Assembly (NCBI GenBank): GCA_016187335.1
Contig: JACPJW010000001.1
Span: 1 to 64,000, forward strand
Direction of reading: 5' to 3'
Length of the DNA stretch: 64,000 bases
DNA from: Candidatus Aenigmatarchaeota archaeon
Lineage (GTDB): Archaea > Aenigmatarchaeota > Aenigmatarchaeia > GW2011-AR5
Shown: positions 62,481 through 64,000 of the stretch, piece by piece
Layout of the letters: the number at the start of each line of letters is the position of its first letter
Numbering within the stretch: the stretch's first letter is position 1
Made by a program: the position numbers and the translations under genes
Notes under the pieces: generated by a model
The model's input: only the letters and a program-made list of their open reading frames with translations
The model's database searches: none
What the model was told of the DNA's origin: nothing

Positions 62481-63881
62481 TTACTCCTTGTAGCCCATGA
62501 ATCTCTGCTCCGCTTCTCTTCCCCAGTCAATGCTGCCCGCGGCGCGCTGCACGACCTCTGACGCCGCAGGATGTATATGCACGGTGCCGGCAAGCTGGTC
62601 TGCCGTCAGGCCGCATTTCATCGCGATGATTGCTTCATGTATCAGCGTGGGGGCTTCAGGACCCATAATGTGGCAGCCGAGGATTTTCCTGCTGCGCCTG
62701 TCGGCAAGGATTTTCGCAAATCCGTTTTCCTCCGCTATTGCCAGACCCATTCCCGTGTCCTTGTAATGGTAAACCCCTTTTGCGTAATCCTTTTTCATCT
62801 CCTGCAATTCCTGCTCTGTATAGCCGGCAGCAGCAATCTGGGGCGAAGTGAATATGGCGTGCCCCATGGGCCAGTAATCAACGGGGTGCTTGTGCTTTGT
62901 AAAGGCATTGTGCCAGACGTATTCCGCCTCGAGGTTCGCGCTGTGCTTCAATAAGTATTTCCCTACAATGTCGCCGAGCGCCCACGTGCCCGGCGCTGTC
63001 GTTTCCAAGAATTTGTTGACCTTGACAAAGCCCTTCTCATTCACAGCGATGCCGCCTTTTTTAACGTCAAGCAGGTCCGTGTTCGGCACGCGCCCTGTCG
63101 CGACAAGCAGCGATTCCGCGCTGAGCTTTATCTGCCTTTTCTTCTGGTTTTCTGCAATAATGTAAATGCCGCCGGATTTTTTCTTCGCTTCCTTTGGCGT
63201 GTAGCCTAAAACTACTTTATGCTTTTTTGAAAACGCGTGCGTGAATGCTTCAGCAATCTCCCTGTCCTCCTCGCGCAGCATCACGCTTCTCTGCAATATT
63301 GTAACCTTTGTTCCGAGAGCGCCGAAGAAGTGTCCCAGCTCAGCGGCGATGTACCCGCCGCCGAGAATTATCATTGATTTTGGCTGCTTCGTGATGCGCA
63401 TTGCATTGTCGCTTGTCAGGTACTCTATGTCCTGCAGTCCTTCGATTAGCGGCACCGAAGGCCTTGTGCCCGCGGCCACGACGACTTTCCTGCCGCGTAT
63501 TTTCTTGCTGCCCACGGCGATCGTCCTTTCGCCGACGAAGCGCCCCCGCTTCTTGAAAAGCTCCATATTCTTGGCATGCCGGATGCTCTCCTCGATTTCC
63601 CTTGCTTCTTTATCAACAGCAGCGGACGCGCGCCTTGTTACTCTGGCAAAATCTATTTTCTGTATTTTAGAAATCACGCCGAACAGATGCGAAGTGCTTA
63701 TGGTCTCCGCCACGTCCGCGGAATGTATTATCATCTTGCTTGGTATGCACCCGCGGTTCAGGCACGTCCCGCCCATGGGACCTTCCTCGACTATTGCAAC
63801 CGAGAGCCCTTGCTCCGCAGCGGCCGAGGAAATATGCAGCCCCGAGCCCGCGCCGATGACGATGACGTCGAATTCCTTCAT
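62481..63881 (-). CDS. Flavoprotein disulfide reductase (dihydrolipoamide dehydrogenase/mycothione reductase-like)
   Basis: VIGAGSG, GGTCLNRGCIPSK, GGGYIAAE, ATGRVPN, WALGD, HPAASE. Confidence 0.92.
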   Translation of the reverse strand: MKEFDVIVIGAGSGLHISSAAAEQGLSVAIVEEGPMGGTCLNRGCIPSKMIIHSADVAETISTSHLFGVISKIQKIDFARVTRRASAAVDKEAREIEESIRHAKNMELFKKRGRFVGERTIAVGSKKIRGRKVVVAAGTRPSVPLIEGLQDIEYLTSDNAMRITKQPKSMIILGGGYIAAELGHFFGALGTKVTILQRSVMLREEDREIAEAFTHAFSKKHKVVLGYTPKEAKKKSGGIYIIAENQKKRQIKLSAESLLVATGRVPNTDLLDVKKGGIAVNEKGFVKVNKFLETTAPGTWALGDIVGKYLLKHSANLEAEYVWHNAFTKHKHPVDYWPMGHAIFTSPQIAAAGYTEQELQEMKKDYAKGVYHYKDTGMGLAIAEENGFAKILADRRSRKILGCHIMGPEAPTLIHEAIIAMKCGLTADQLAGTVHIHPAASEVVQRAAGSIDWGREAEQRFMGYKE

Positions 63882-63925
63882 TAGAAATAATTATGCAGAA
63901 CTGCAAATAAAAGCGATGTTTAACA

Positions 63926-63967
63926 CAAGCTTTTCCGTTTTGATAAATTTTTGATGCAAATTTTTCC
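63926..63967 (-). repeat. Degenerate partial copy of the dispersed element
   Basis: Minus strand reads AAAAATTTGCATCAAAAATTTATCAAAACGGAAAAGCTTG: two ATCAAAA tails plus a third-arm-like sequence. Confidence 0.45.
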
Positions 63968-64000
63968 GTCACAAGCAGAACACCGTTCTGCTGTGCAACA

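Noticed and set aside
1-64000. Transposase, integrase, reverse transcriptase, cas or rRNA genes
   Set aside because: No ORF shows DDE, tyrosine/serine recombinase, HUH, RT or Cas motifs, and no rRNA-like sequence was recognised.

Overview
Archaeal genomic window; a DPANN-like lineage is inferred from gene content and the many Cys-rich surface proteins. Housekeeping genes: rnz, aspS (non-discriminating type), rnhB, pus10-rpl21e-rpoF-DUF655, class I lysS, trmY, gatC/A/B, UDG, P-type ATPase, malic enzyme. Accessory blocks: surface or lipoprotein paralog arrays (0-8, 21-26, 28-37 kb), four toxin-antitoxin-type loci (27-41 kb) and an M23 peptidase. Four tRNA genes missed by the ORF track (iMet-CAT, Leu-CAG, Glu-CTC, Arg-TCG) all carry several introns, 9 in total, 6 at non-canonical positions. 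Main discovery: a dispersed 30-46 bp palindromic element, consensus NNAACTTTT-CNG-AAAAGTTNN-ATCAAAACG, with compensatory stem changes. It occurs between genes, in-frame inside the Pus10 coding sequence, and as the body of a tRNA-Arg D-loop intron where it supplies the helix needed for bulge-helix-bulge (BHB) splicing. The tRNA-Leu gene can be folded by hand into two splice paths giving CAG or TAG anticodons. All RNA folds and alignments were done by eye; no database searches were run.
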